Below the pieces are notes generated by a model that saw only the letters and a program-made list of their open reading frames with translations, did no database searches and was not told where the DNA came from. A DNA stretch of 64,000 nucleotides from Dehalococcoidia bacterium UBA6803 (lineage in GTDB: Bacteria > Chloroflexota > Dehalococcoidia > GIF9 > AB-539-J10). Positions 1-8,812 of this stretch are shown here, one piece after another. Location: positions 18,271 to 82,270 of the forward strand of contig DKFF01000008.1 of NCBI GenBank assembly GCA_002452795.1. Reading direction: 5' to 3'. How positions within the stretch are numbered: the first letter of the stretch is position 1; every line of letters starts with the position of its first letter. The position numbers and the translations under genes were made by a program.

Positions 1-2035
1 ACATGCGGGCCAGCGCCACCATGGCCGCCCCTTTATCGCCCAGCAGGTTGATCAGGTGTTCCGGCGAAGGCTCGGCCGTATCCACCATCTTTTTCTCGCG
101 TCCGTCCATCACGCTCCAGTCGGTTTCAGCGCCCCGGCTGATATACAGCCGGGCATACTTGATGCAGCGCGGGCCGATGATGACCGGAATGCCCAGCCGG
201 TTGCAGCCGGTGGCCAGCGCCAGTTCCTCTTCCCCACAGGCGCCCCAGGCCAGCCCACAGGCGCCCACGCGGTTGAGAATGTAGTCGGCCACCACCTCGT
301 AATTGGCTCTCAGCGGCAGGGCCGCGAAGATGCTGGCGATCTTGATGGCCGCGCCTGAGATATGCGCCGCGGCGAAACCGGATCCCATATTAACGATTCC
401 TCCCGCTTCGAAATCGGGCGGGTATTTTTCATAGATTGTCTTGCCCTCGGCGTCCTTTTTGATGGCTGCGGCGATGGCGGAATCCCCCGCCAGCACGACG
501 ATATACTTGCGGCGGGCGAACTCCCCGGCGATATCGGCGATATCATCAGGCGAGCCAGGATAGTTGGAGCCACCCACAATGGCGATCACGCCGGGTATAT
601 TGCCCAGCACCAGGGGTGCGCCCACCTTGCGTATCTCGGTGTCCATAACCGGCCCTCGTCCGGAGCGCATCTTGCCGGACTCCCGGCGGGCGGCGGCCTG
701 CAGCATACGTATGACAGGTATCTTTCCCTTCCCGGCCGATTCACATTTTCCGCAGCCAGTGCACTTTTCGAATACTTCTGAAAACAAATCGAATTCGTGG
801 CGGGCCGCTGCCTCAATCGCATCAGAGATGGGCAGCTTGTTGGGGCAGGCCGCATTACAGGCCCTGGCATCCTTGACCGCGGCCGCCATGGCGGTCACTT
901 CTTCTCTGCTCAGCAGTTGCTTTTTACGTTTAACTGCAAGCTTGATGGCGGCCTCGGCGGCAACGGCCGCAGCCTTGCGGGGATCCAGCACCAGCCGTCC
1001 GGCGCCACGGCCCAGTTCAGATGCTATCTGCCCGGGATCCAGCTCGGAGGCATCCTCCAGACCGTAGACAGCACGGGCGTCAGTGGCAATAAAGGCTGCC
1101 CCCGCGTCGGCAGCTTCTTGCGCAATATCGGTTAATAGATTACCGCCTCCACACATGACCACGTCGGCAATGCCGCAACGCAGGAAAAACAGCAGGCGGG
1201 AGAGCGGCCCGGCTATCCTGGCCCGGGGGCTGTACCTGACCAGGTCATGCGCTACCGGGCCTGCCCCCACCACCTCCACTTTTTCTTCCAGCCCGGCATT
1301 TCTTAAATAATCCACCAGGCAAACTGCAGCGACAGTATCGCATCCCACAATCAGAATAACGGCTTTGGACTGATCAACCGCTGCCCATCCGACATCCACC
1401 AGAGGCGTATCAGCCAGCGAAGCCGGAAAGCCCAGACCCGCGATACAGGCGATCTCGCCTGCTTCCATAGCAACGTGGCTGAGCATCGAGGCCTGCATGA
1501 CCCTCGACTCAAACTCCATATTGGACGTTTCCTGTCCCGTGTTGGCGGCAGCCAGCAGGAAGGCAAGCTGGTGTTCCAGGTAACCCAGCACCGGGGGCAG
1601 GTCGGACAGCTTCTCCGGCTTGAGCCCGATTACGGTGCGGATGTGGGGGGCTTCGATGGCCACCCTGTCGCCCAGCTCTATCTTTGTTTCAGCGCCTTTT
1701 ACATCGATGGCATAGTGAACCATGCGACGTGCGCCGGCGATAGAGCGGGACAATCCTTCGCAGCAAGCCTGCAGAGTAAGACGGGCCTGCATCGTGTTAG
1801 CATCCATGCCGCAGGAACCTTTCCTGCCTTCCGAGAGGTCGCATTCACCGTACGAGCAAAGGTTGCACTTATCGGTCACGGGCACATAAAGAGGAGGCCA
1901 GGTCCTGAGCAGCCTGCGGTCCCAATTCCTAAGGTCGAGCATACCCGGCAGCAGGGTATGCCCTACCGGCTCCCAAGTATCATCAGCGCGGATAAATTCA
2001 CCGGCTTCCCTGTTTTGCCGCTCAGTTTTAGCCAC
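1..2035 (-). CDS. CdhA-like protein (Ni-CODH / acetyl-CoA decarbonylase-synthase alpha-subunit family), N-terminal ~678 codons; C-terminus lies beyond window start
   Basis: Minus-strand frame open from GTG at 2033-2035 (8 nt after AGGAGG that overlaps the cdhD stop) to the window edge; absent from the ORF track only because it has no stop inside the window. By-eye translation gives an N-terminal Cys motif CNLCSYGECDLSEGRKGSCGMD, a ferredoxin-like insert (ACNAACP ... CTGCGKCES) and C-terminal blocks IVGGSNYPG / NMGSGFAAAHISG / NRVGACGLAWGAC that match archaeal CdhA from memory; positions aligned to C-cluster ligands are substituted. Confidence 0.6.
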   Translation of the reverse strand, partial: MAKTERQNREAGEFIRADDTWEPVGHTLLPGMLDLRNWDRRLLRTWPPLYVPVTDKCNLCSYGECDLSEGRKGSCGMDANTMQARLTLQACCEGLSRSIAGARRMVHYAIDVKGAETKIELGDRVAIEAPHIRTVIGLKPEKLSDLPPVLGYLEHQLAFLLAAANTGQETSNMEFESRVMQASMLSHVAMEAGEIACIAGLGFPASLADTPLVDVGWAAVDQSKAVILIVGCDTVAAVCLVDYLRNAGLEEKVEVVGAGPVAHDLVRYSPRARIAGPLSRLLFFLRCGIADVVMCGGGNLLTDIAQEAADAGAAFIATDARAVYGLEDASELDPGQIASELGRGAGRLVLDPRKAAAVAAEAAIKLAVKRKKQLLSREEVTAMAAAVKDARACNAACPNKLPISDAIEAAARHEFDLFSEVFEKCTGCGKCESAGKGKIPVIRMLQAAARRESGKMRSGRGPVMDTEIRKVGAPLVLGNIPGVIAIVGGSNYPGSPDDIADIAGEFARRKYIVVLAGDSAIAAAIKKDAEGKTIYEKYPPDFEAGGIVNMGSGFAAAHISGAAIKIASIFAALPLRANYEVVADYILNRVGACGLAWGACGEEELALATGCNRLGIPVIIGPRCIKYARLYISRGAETDWSVMDGREKKMVDTAEPSPEHLINLLGDKGAAMVALARM

Positions 2036-2047
2036 AGCGCCATCCTC

Positions 2048-2986
2048 CTATAGTTTTCCTTCAATAGCATCCCTGATCAGCCGGCAGTTGTCCGGGTGTC
2101 GCAGCACCAGAATATCTGCTCCGGCCAGCAACAGGCTGATGGCTGTCGTGCTTTCCCATTGCAGGCCCTGCTCTCTATCTGAACGCGCCTGGTTGGTCTT
2201 CCAGCATTCAGCACCGAGGTCGGCAATGACCGGCATCTGCATCGAGGTATCGCCAAAGATCACGCCCACCTGCCGGGTGCGTTCCATGATGGTAAAACTA
2301 TATTCCATACCATAGCCCAGCGCAGAACTGAGCGGATCGATGACTATTTTCTCGGGAGGCAGGCGCTTGAGCAGTTTAACGTTCAGCTCCTTCTCCAGGT
2401 TAATATCGATGGGCGTCTGGGCAATGATACAGTGGCCGTTTTCCGCCACTGCTCCGGCAATGGCTTCGTAATTCTCCTTGACCGCGGGGCCGAGCAGCAA
2501 ATTGGCGCCCTTGCAGGCGGCTGCCACGGCAGACAGCACCTCGATATCCTTTTTGTCGTCACCGCTGCCATAGACTATCAACGGCCGGTCGATGCTGTCG
2601 CTGATCTTTTTGACCAGGGCAGCGGCCTCATCAGCGGGTTTATTGGCGCCTTGCGGATCAGTGCCGTCCAGATGCAGGCAGACCAGGTCGGCGCCCAATT
2701 CAATACATTCATGTGCCCATTTCACCGGGTCATTAAGCACATCCCTGAACGGCGCCCTAATCCATTCCGCCCATCCGGCAGCCCCGTTGTCGTCTATTTG
2801 CAGCGCCACTACCTGGCGGTTGACTGCCTGCCCTTCAAAATAATGGAGCGGGAGTATGTTCTGGCCGCCGATCTTCAGCGCCTTGCTGCCGCTGCCGAGG
2901 ACCACCTCTTTAACCTTACCGGTATATGTTTCCAGCGGAACTTTATAATCCATCGATATCTCCCGGCTAAGACTCCAGCCAGGCAT
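2048..2986 (-). CDS. cdhD: acetyl-CoA decarbonylase/synthase delta subunit (corrinoid Fe-S protein small subunit, CdhD/AcsD)
   Basis: 312 aa; near-colinear similarity to Moorella AcsD recalled (HYFEGQ..NRPV, DPxxWA, LDGxDPxGAN, GYGxEYSFxIMERxR). Confidence 0.85.
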   Translation of the reverse strand: MPGWSLSREISMDYKVPLETYTGKVKEVVLGSGSKALKIGGQNILPLHYFEGQAVNRQVVALQIDDNGAAGWAEWIRAPFRDVLNDPVKWAHECIELGADLVCLHLDGTDPQGANKPADEAAALVKKISDSIDRPLIVYGSGDDKKDIEVLSAVAAACKGANLLLGPAVKENYEAIAGAVAENGHCIIAQTPIDINLEKELNVKLLKRLPPEKIVIDPLSSALGYGMEYSFTIMERTRQVGVIFGDTSMQMPVIADLGAECWKTNQARSDREQGLQWESTTAISLLLAGADILVLRHPDNCRLIRDAIEGKL

Positions 2987-3845
2987 TTGAATAGAGGGCC
3001 TCGCCCATCAGCACCATGGCTGTCTTAACATAATTGCATTCCTGCTGCGATAGAGAGGCAATGTCCACCGGCTCCCCATCCATCACCTTGTAGATAAGCT
3101 CCCTGACTTTGACCAGGCCGCCCTTGTTCAACTGGACAAGTTCCGGGTCAAGCACATCGGCAATGGCCGAGTACAAGCCGTTTTTCTCCAGCATGACCAT
3201 ATATGTTCGGTTGAGTGTTCCCCTCAGTTGGCCTGGCGTCCCGTTGGAGACATTGGAAAGGCCCACCACCGATTTCACTCCGGGCAGCAGGTCACCCAGA
3301 ATCTTGATGAACTCCAACGCCTCGCGCGCCTGCTTCTGGTCAGCGCTGACCGGCAGGATGATGGGATCGACCCAGATGTCTTCATTCTGGATGCCCAGCC
3401 CGTTGGCATAAGCCACGGTTTCCATAACACTCTCTACCCGTGAATCCACATCTGGCGGGCAGCCCTGGTCAGTAATGACTGAAATAATAACCTGCGTATT
3501 ATATTTTACCGCCAGCGGCAGCATGATTTCCCTGCTTTCAGCCTTGCCTGAAGCTGAATTCAACAGCGGACGTTTTTTGCAAAGTTTTAACCCGGCCTCC
3601 ATGGCCAGAGGGTTCATGGTATCGAGTGAAATGGGGAGGTCGGTTACCGCCTGGACCGTATTTACCAGCCATGAAGCGACTTCTTCGGGGTCTTTGCGGG
3701 CCGGGCCCAGGTTGAGGTCGAGCAGGTCGGCGCCGGCCGCGGCCTGTGCCCGGGCCAACTCCTGGATATAAGCAGGTTTACGTTCCCTGACCGCTTCACT
3801 GACAGCCTTTGAAATAATGTGGATGTTCTCGCCGATTAATATCAT
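2967..3845 (-). CDS. acsE: methyltetrahydrofolate:corrinoid/iron-sulfur protein methyltransferase (AcsE-type MeTr, pterin-binding domain)
   Basis: 292 aa; MILIGENIH..DLNxGPA..LSLDTxN..GLSNVS motif series as in Moorella AcsE; overlaps cdhD by 20 nt. Confidence 0.85.
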   Translation of the reverse strand: MILIGENIHIISKAVSEAVRERKPAYIQELARAQAAAGADLLDLNLGPARKDPEEVASWLVNTVQAVTDLPISLDTMNPLAMEAGLKLCKKRPLLNSASGKAESREIMLPLAVKYNTQVIISVITDQGCPPDVDSRVESVMETVAYANGLGIQNEDIWVDPIILPVSADQKQAREALEFIKILGDLLPGVKSVVGLSNVSNGTPGQLRGTLNRTYMVMLEKNGLYSAIADVLDPELVQLNKGGLVKVRELIYKVMDGEPVDIASLSQQECNYVKTAMVLMGEALYSNAWLES

Positions 3846-3946
3846 ATGTATAACAGAATTATATTTTCGGGCATTCTAACATCCTCAGCGCATCACGGGC
3901 AAGGAAAAGCGTTATACGGGTCCTCCAAATAGCGTATAATCTAATA

Positions 3947-4414
3947 ATGCCTGATAAAAAAAGGGTCATTATTTACTGCGACGGCGCCTGCTCGGGCAAC
4001 CAGTACCGCACCAACACCGGTGGATGGGGGGCCATACTTAAATACGGAGATAAGATTAAGGAAGTCTATGGCGGAGAGCCCAATACCACCAACCAGCGCA
4101 TGGAGCTGACGGCCTGCATCAGGGCGCTGGAACAGATTAAATCCGGCGGATACGACATCGATATATACACTGACAGCGCCTACTTGGCCAACTGTATGCT
4201 GCAGAAATGGTATCTGAAATGGCAAAAAAACGGCTGGAAAAACTCCAAAAAGGAACCCGTGGAAAACCGCGACCTTTGGGAGCAGTTGATTACGTATCTC
4301 CCTTTACATAATATTGCTTTCCATAAGGTGGACGCCCATTGCGGTGATGAACTTAACGAGAGGGCCGACGAGCTGGCCAGACTGGGCATTGCCGGAGTAA
4401 AAAAGGCTTTCTGA
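3947..4414 (+). CDS. rnhA: ribonuclease HI
   Basis: 155 aa; IYCDGACSGNQ ... TNQRMEL ... TDSxY ... HKVDAHCGDELNERADELA. Confidence 0.9.
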   Translation: MPDKKRVIIYCDGACSGNQYRTNTGGWGAILKYGDKIKEVYGGEPNTTNQRMELTACIRALEQIKSGGYDIDIYTDSAYLANCMLQKWYLKWQKNGWKNSKKEPVENRDLWEQLITYLPLHNIAFHKVDAHCGDELNERADELARLGIAGVKKAF

Positions 4415-4501
4415 CCGACGTGTCAACTCAAATAAAAATATTACCGAAAAAGACCGCGGATCCCATTATTAGTTCAATTAATAACCTGACAAGACACTAG
4501 T

Positions 4502-4735
4502 TTAAGCCTTAACCCGTTTGCGCAGCCGTTCCAGGATCCACATGCGGGCCAGCGTGGTCGGTCCTACACCAAGATCCCTGGCCTCTTTCCTGATTTCCTC
4601 CCACTTGTCCGCAGAGAGGCGGACGGGAATGACCTTGTTCAGCGGTTTCTTCACTTCTATTTGGACAACCTCGTCGCTTTCGTCCCAGGCATTACCCTGC
4701 TCGATTTCTTTAATCGCTTTATCTATATCGGCCAT
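4502..4735 (-). CDS. brnA: BrnA-type antitoxin (ribbon-helix-helix)
   Basis: Starts at MADIDKAIKEIEQG (ATG 4733-4735), 1 nt after brnT stop; small RHH-like protein ending ...LARMWILERLRKRVKA. Confidence 0.6.
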   Translation of the reverse strand: MADIDKAIKEIEQGNAWDESDEVVQIEVKKPLNKVIPVRLSADKWEEIRKEARDLGVGPTTLARMWILERLRKRVKA

Positions 4736-4736
4736 A

Positions 4737-5021
4737 TTACTTGCCTCCAGTTGACTTCTTGTAAAGCTGCCTCTCACTATCGGTCATCTCCCTGGCAGTG
4801 GCCACTTTCCAGCTGCCGCCTCCCAGGTTAACCAGCACCACCAGGATATATCTCCCGGCTGCCATCTGGCAGAAGACCTTATACAGCCCTTCTCTGCCTT
4901 TCCTGACATGCCGTTTCTCCGATAGACAGGCCTCCTCGACTTCATTAAAAGTAACGCTGTGCTTGCTCTCGATCTTATCCAGTATATGGTCGTCAATCTC
5001 TAAAGACTCGATGTAAAGCAC
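4737..5021 (-). CDS. brnT: BrnT-type toxin (DUF497 / RelE-fold ribonuclease)
   Basis: 94 aa; SKHSVTFNEVEEACLS ... RYILVVLVNLGGGSWKVATAREMTDSERQLYKK matches the BrnT pattern; toxin-first order typical of brnTA. Confidence 0.6.
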   Translation of the reverse strand: MLYIESLEIDDHILDKIESKHSVTFNEVEEACLSEKRHVRKGREGLYKVFCQMAAGRYILVVLVNLGGGSWKVATAREMTDSERQLYKKSTGGK

Positions 5022-5048
5022 CGAATTTTCCCTCTTTTCACCTCAAAT

Positions 5049-5067
5049 TGTATACGGTCTGTATACA
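5049..5067. promoter_or_regulatory. palindromic operator-like site TGTATAC-ggtc-TGTATACA upstream of brnT
   Basis: Two copies of self-complementary TGTATACA half-sites 28-46 nt upstream of the brnT start, where TA autoregulatory operators usually lie. Confidence 0.35.
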
Positions 5068-5089
5068 CTTGTCAAGGCAAAGCCATTAA

Positions 5090-5658
5090 TTTTTACCCCT
5101 GGAGAGAGAATATTCTAGTTTCCAGTCCGTGAAAGCTGATTACGACATAGAGGGACTGCAAGACAAGCCTAAACCTGGTCGTCCTCGCCGGATTGGGCAG
5201 GATAAAATCGCCGAGATTGTGGCCACCACCATGGCGCCATCACACTATTGGCAGCGCTAAACATAGCTACTGGGGAAGTTATCGGGGAGCGCCATCCCAG
5301 ACATCGTCACCAGGAGTTTCTCAAGTTTCTCAGACGACTGGACAAGGATGTGCCAGATAAGCAGTTGCATCTGATTCTGGATAACTACGGCGCCCATAAA
5401 CACGAGAAAGTGCAGAAACGGCTTAGGCGACATAAGCGTTTTCATCTTCATTTTACTCCTGCTGGAGCATCCTGGATGAATATGGTGGAAATCTGGTTTG
5501 GCATACTGACCAACCAGGCGATTCGCAGGGGCAGCTTTGATAGCGTTGGCCACCTCATCGAGGCAATAAAGGCCTTCGTTAGCCGGTGGAATGAAGGAGC
5601 AAAACCCTTTGTATGTATAAAAACGGCCGAACAAATCCTGGCAAAGGCGGTTAGATAA
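5090..5658 (+). pseudogene. IS630-family transposase remnant (N-terminal HTH segment, internal deletion/frameshift, C-terminal DDE segment)
   Basis: Frame A ...GLQDKPKPGRPRRIGQDKIAEIVATT... stops at 5258-5260; frame B (5248..5658) LAALNIATGEVIGERHPRHRHQEFLKFL ... ILDNYGAHK ... FTPAGASWMNMVEIWF = IS630 DDE core; about 70 codons between the two blocks are missing. Confidence 0.6.
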
Positions 5659-5676
5659 TGAAAGCTATTTACTGGA

Positions 5677-5976
5677 CTAGATACTAATTATAAGGCGTGG
5701 AATATAATCACCGGCCGCTACCGCTCCGCAATGATGCGCCAGGTCAGTCTCAAAGTTGCCCGGCGCCGTAGTCTGCCAGCTTAACCGCTCAATTGGCACA
5801 TACCGTAAGAGACGGTTGGGCGGTTGGGGCTTGCGTCGGGTTAGCTTCAGGGTATCCTGTCCCATTTCAGTCAGTAATTGGCTACGTTCCTTTCTCCCCG
5901 ATTGGACATACCTCGACCGAACCAGTTTCAGGTATTTTCTTCGTTCGTTTATGTTCATCCTTCCGTTGCTCGGCAT
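5677..5976 (-). pseudogene. truncated transposase N-terminal fragment (family unassigned)
   Basis: 99 aa MNINERRKYLKLVRSRYVQSGRKERSQLLTEM... resembles transposase N-terminal helper regions; too short to carry a catalytic domain; lies next to the IS630 remnant. Confidence 0.3.
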
Positions 5977-5986
5977 GATCCTCCCT

Positions 5987-6051
5987 CAGTAACATTTTTA
6001 TCTGAGTGAATCATACCCTACTCGGTAACATTTTAGATGAGTGAATACGAC
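5987..6051. repeat. pair of ~24-bp imperfect direct repeats (GTAACATTTT-nnn-TGAGTGAAT)
   Basis: 5987-6016 and 6023-6051, immediately upstream (on the minus strand) of the transposase fragment; candidate IS-end or transposase-binding repeats. Confidence 0.3.
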
Positions 6052-6207
6052 CAAGTGCATTTTAGCCCCTGATATGCTATACTTATAATGAATTTGCAAG
6101 TCCTAGTATTTTTCCTGCAAAAAAATACTATATATTGTGATATTAATTTCAAAATTATCGCCTCAAAAGAGGTCTCTGACAGGCGAAATTCCTGGAAGTG
6201 ATAAATC

Positions 6208-8127
6208 ATGACCCCTGAACCAAATCATAATGGCATCAATGGAGACTATAGCGCACAAAACATCCGCGTGCTGGACGGACTCGAAGCTGTCCGCCTACGG
6301 CCCGGCATGTATATCGGCGATACGGGCAAAGACGGCCTGCACCATCTGGTCTATGAAATAGTCTACAACAGCATCGATGAGGCCATGGCCGGCTACTGCA
6401 ACCGTATACAGGTCATCATCAATGCAGATAACTCCGTAACCGTGACCGATAACGGACGCGGCATCCCGGTGGACATCCATCCGGAAAAGGGCGTCTCGGC
6501 CCTGGAACTGGTCATGACCACGCTGCACGCCGGCGGTAAATTCGGCGACGGCGCTTACAGCGTTTCCTCCGGTCTGCACGGCGTCGGCGCCTCGGTCGTC
6601 AATGCCCTTTCCAAATGGATGAGGTCCGAGATCAAGCGTGACGGTAAAATATGGCGCCAGGAATACAAGGTCGGTGTGCAACAGGGCGAGGTCAAGGCCA
6701 TAGGTAAAACTACCGAGACCGGGACTACCCAGACCTTCATGGCCGATGACGAAATTTTCGGTGAGATCGATTATGATTTCAACGTGTTGGCCGAACGCCT
6801 CAGGGAGCTGGCCTTCCTCAACAAGGGCACCGAGATCAGCTTGCGGGATGAAAGGTCAGATAAGGAGGTAACCTATTTCTTCGAGGGCGGCATCGCCAGC
6901 CTGATACGCCGTATCAACAAAAACAGGCAGGTACTGGATAAACCGATCTATATCTCCGGAAGCGTCAACAGCACGGCAGTTGAAGTGGCCATCCAGTACA
7001 ACGACGGCTATTCGGAAAACGTCACTGCTTTCGCCAACTGTGTCAACACCAAGGAGGGCGGCACCCACCTGACCGGTTTCAGGGCTGCTCTGACCCGCGT
7101 GTTAAACGATTATGCACGCAAGAACAAATTCCTCAAGGATAGCGATCCCAACCTGTCCGGCGATGATGTCCGCGACGGGCTGACGGCAGTGGTCAGCGTC
7201 AAGGTGGGCTCACCCCAGTTCGAGGGCCAGACCAAGGCCAAGCTGGGCAATCCAGAGGTTAAAGGCCAGGTAGAAACGATCACCAACGACGGGCTGAACG
7301 AGTACCTGGAAAAACATCCTGAGGAAGGCAAGTCGATTATCGACAAATGCCTGCTGGCCGCCAAAGCCAGGGAAGCGGCGCGCAAAGCGCGCGACCTTAT
7401 ACTCAAGAAAACCGGACTTGAGTTCGGCACGTTGCCGGGCAAGCTGGCCGACTGTGCCAGCAACAACCCCAGGGACTGCGAGTTATACCTGGTAGAAGGC
7501 GATTCAGCCGGCGGATCGGCCAAGCAGGGCCGCGACCGCAATTTCCAGGCCATCCTCCCGCTGCGCGGCAAGATCCTGAACGTGGAAAAGGCTGCCAAGG
7601 ATAAGATCTTCGACCATGAAGAAATACGCGCTCTGATCACTGCGCTGGGTACGGGAATTGGCGAAGCCTATGATTACTCCAAGCTGCGCTACCACCAGAT
7701 CATAATTATGACCGATGCGGATGTTGATGGCGCACATATCCGCACGCTGCTTTTAACTTTCTTCTACCGCAACATGGCCGACCTGATCCAGAACGGCCAC
7801 CTGTTCATCGCCCAACCACCCCTCTACCGTCTGGCCGCCGGCAAACAGCAGTACTGGGTATACTCGGACGCCGAGAAGGATGCCAAGCTCAGCGCCATGA
7901 AGAGCAGCAAGGTGGACGTTCAGCGTTACAAGGGCCTTGGCGAGATGAGCCCGGAGCAGTTGTGGGATACAACGATGAACCCGGCCACAAGAACGTTGCT
8001 CAAAGTGCAGGTCGACGATGCTATGAAGGCCGATGAGATCTTCCATATACTGATGGGCAATGAAGTGCCGCCGCGCAAGTCATTTATCCAGGCCCATGCC
8101 CGCTCCGTTAAAAATCTGGATATATAG
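6208..8127 (+). CDS. gyrB: DNA gyrase subunit B
   Basis: 639 aa; GHKD ATPase, TOPRIM (EGDSAGGS) and C-terminal motifs all present. Confidence 0.95.
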   Translation: MTPEPNHNGINGDYSAQNIRVLDGLEAVRLRPGMYIGDTGKDGLHHLVYEIVYNSIDEAMAGYCNRIQVIINADNSVTVTDNGRGIPVDIHPEKGVSALELVMTTLHAGGKFGDGAYSVSSGLHGVGASVVNALSKWMRSEIKRDGKIWRQEYKVGVQQGEVKAIGKTTETGTTQTFMADDEIFGEIDYDFNVLAERLRELAFLNKGTEISLRDERSDKEVTYFFEGGIASLIRRINKNRQVLDKPIYISGSVNSTAVEVAIQYNDGYSENVTAFANCVNTKEGGTHLTGFRAALTRVLNDYARKNKFLKDSDPNLSGDDVRDGLTAVVSVKVGSPQFEGQTKAKLGNPEVKGQVETITNDGLNEYLEKHPEEGKSIIDKCLLAAKAREAARKARDLILKKTGLEFGTLPGKLADCASNNPRDCELYLVEGDSAGGSAKQGRDRNFQAILPLRGKILNVEKAAKDKIFDHEEIRALITALGTGIGEAYDYSKLRYHQIIIMTDADVDGAHIRTLLLTFFYRNMADLIQNGHLFIAQPPLYRLAAGKQQYWVYSDAEKDAKLSAMKSSKVDVQRYKGLGEMSPEQLWDTTMNPATRTLLKVQVDDAMKADEIFHILMGNEVPPRKSFIQAHARSVKNLDI

Positions 8128-8206
8128 GCAGCTTTACCGGCCAGTTGCGCATGGGATACCCCTCACCATAACGTATTGACCTGATCGGCTTATGTCAATA
8201 CCGGGA

Positions 8207-8812
8207 TTATGACGGTAAATAAAGCCCCTTAACCCTTATATACTGCTCCACCTCTTCCGGGACGAAATAACGTATGGATTTCCCCCCCGCTATGTTAGCC
8301 CTGATCTCGCTGGAGCTTATATCGATAAAAGGTTTTTCCAGGATAACCATACGTTCTTTGATCCCGGGTATGGCAGATTCCAGCGCTCCCATATCCGGTT
8401 TTGTGAAACCCGGCCGCGGAAATGATACCAATCGCGCCATTTTGGTAATCCGGTAAGGCTCTTTCCAGAACGGCACCGTGGCAAGGCTGTCCCAACCCAG
8501 CAACAGGTATAGATCCGTATTAACGCCGACCTCCCGCGCCAAAGCGTCCAGGGTATCCACGGTGTAGGAGGGACCTTTACGGTCGACCTCAACAGTCGAG
8601 ATGGTAAAGGATGGATTTGAATTGATAGCCAGCCTGACCATGGCCACCCTGTGCTCTGCCGGTGTGATCTGCCGGTCTGATTTCATCCACGGTTCTCCAA
8701 CAGGGATGAAGACCACCATTTCCAGACCAAACTCCACCCTTGCCTGCTCAGCAATGATCAGGTGGGCCAGATGCACAGGATCGAAAGTGCCACCCATTAA
8801 GCCGACTCTCAT
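8207..8812 (-). CDS. nadD: nicotinate-nucleotide adenylyltransferase
   Basis: 201 aa; GGTFDPVHLAHL N-terminal signature. Confidence 0.85.
   Translation of the reverse strand: MRVGLMGGTFDPVHLAHLIIAEQARVEFGLEMVVFIPVGEPWMKSDRQITPAEHRVAMVRLAINSNPSFTISTVEVDRKGPSYTVDTLDALAREVGVNTDLYLLLGWDSLATVPFWKEPYRITKMARLVSFPRPGFTKPDMGALESAIPGIKERMVILEKPFIDISSSEIRANIAGGKSIRYFVPEEVEQYIRVKGLYLPS

Noticed and set aside
2041-2043. ATG at 2041-2043 as the start of the CdhA-like gene
   Set aside because: It lies zero nt from the AGGAGG and its frame terminates after 26 codons. The in-frame GTG at 2035, with 8-nt spacing, opens the long frame.
8128-8206. Short inverted repeat (TTGACctgatcggcttatGTCAA) between convergent gyrB and nadD
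   Set aside because: A 5-bp stem is too weak to call a terminator. It is probably coincidental.
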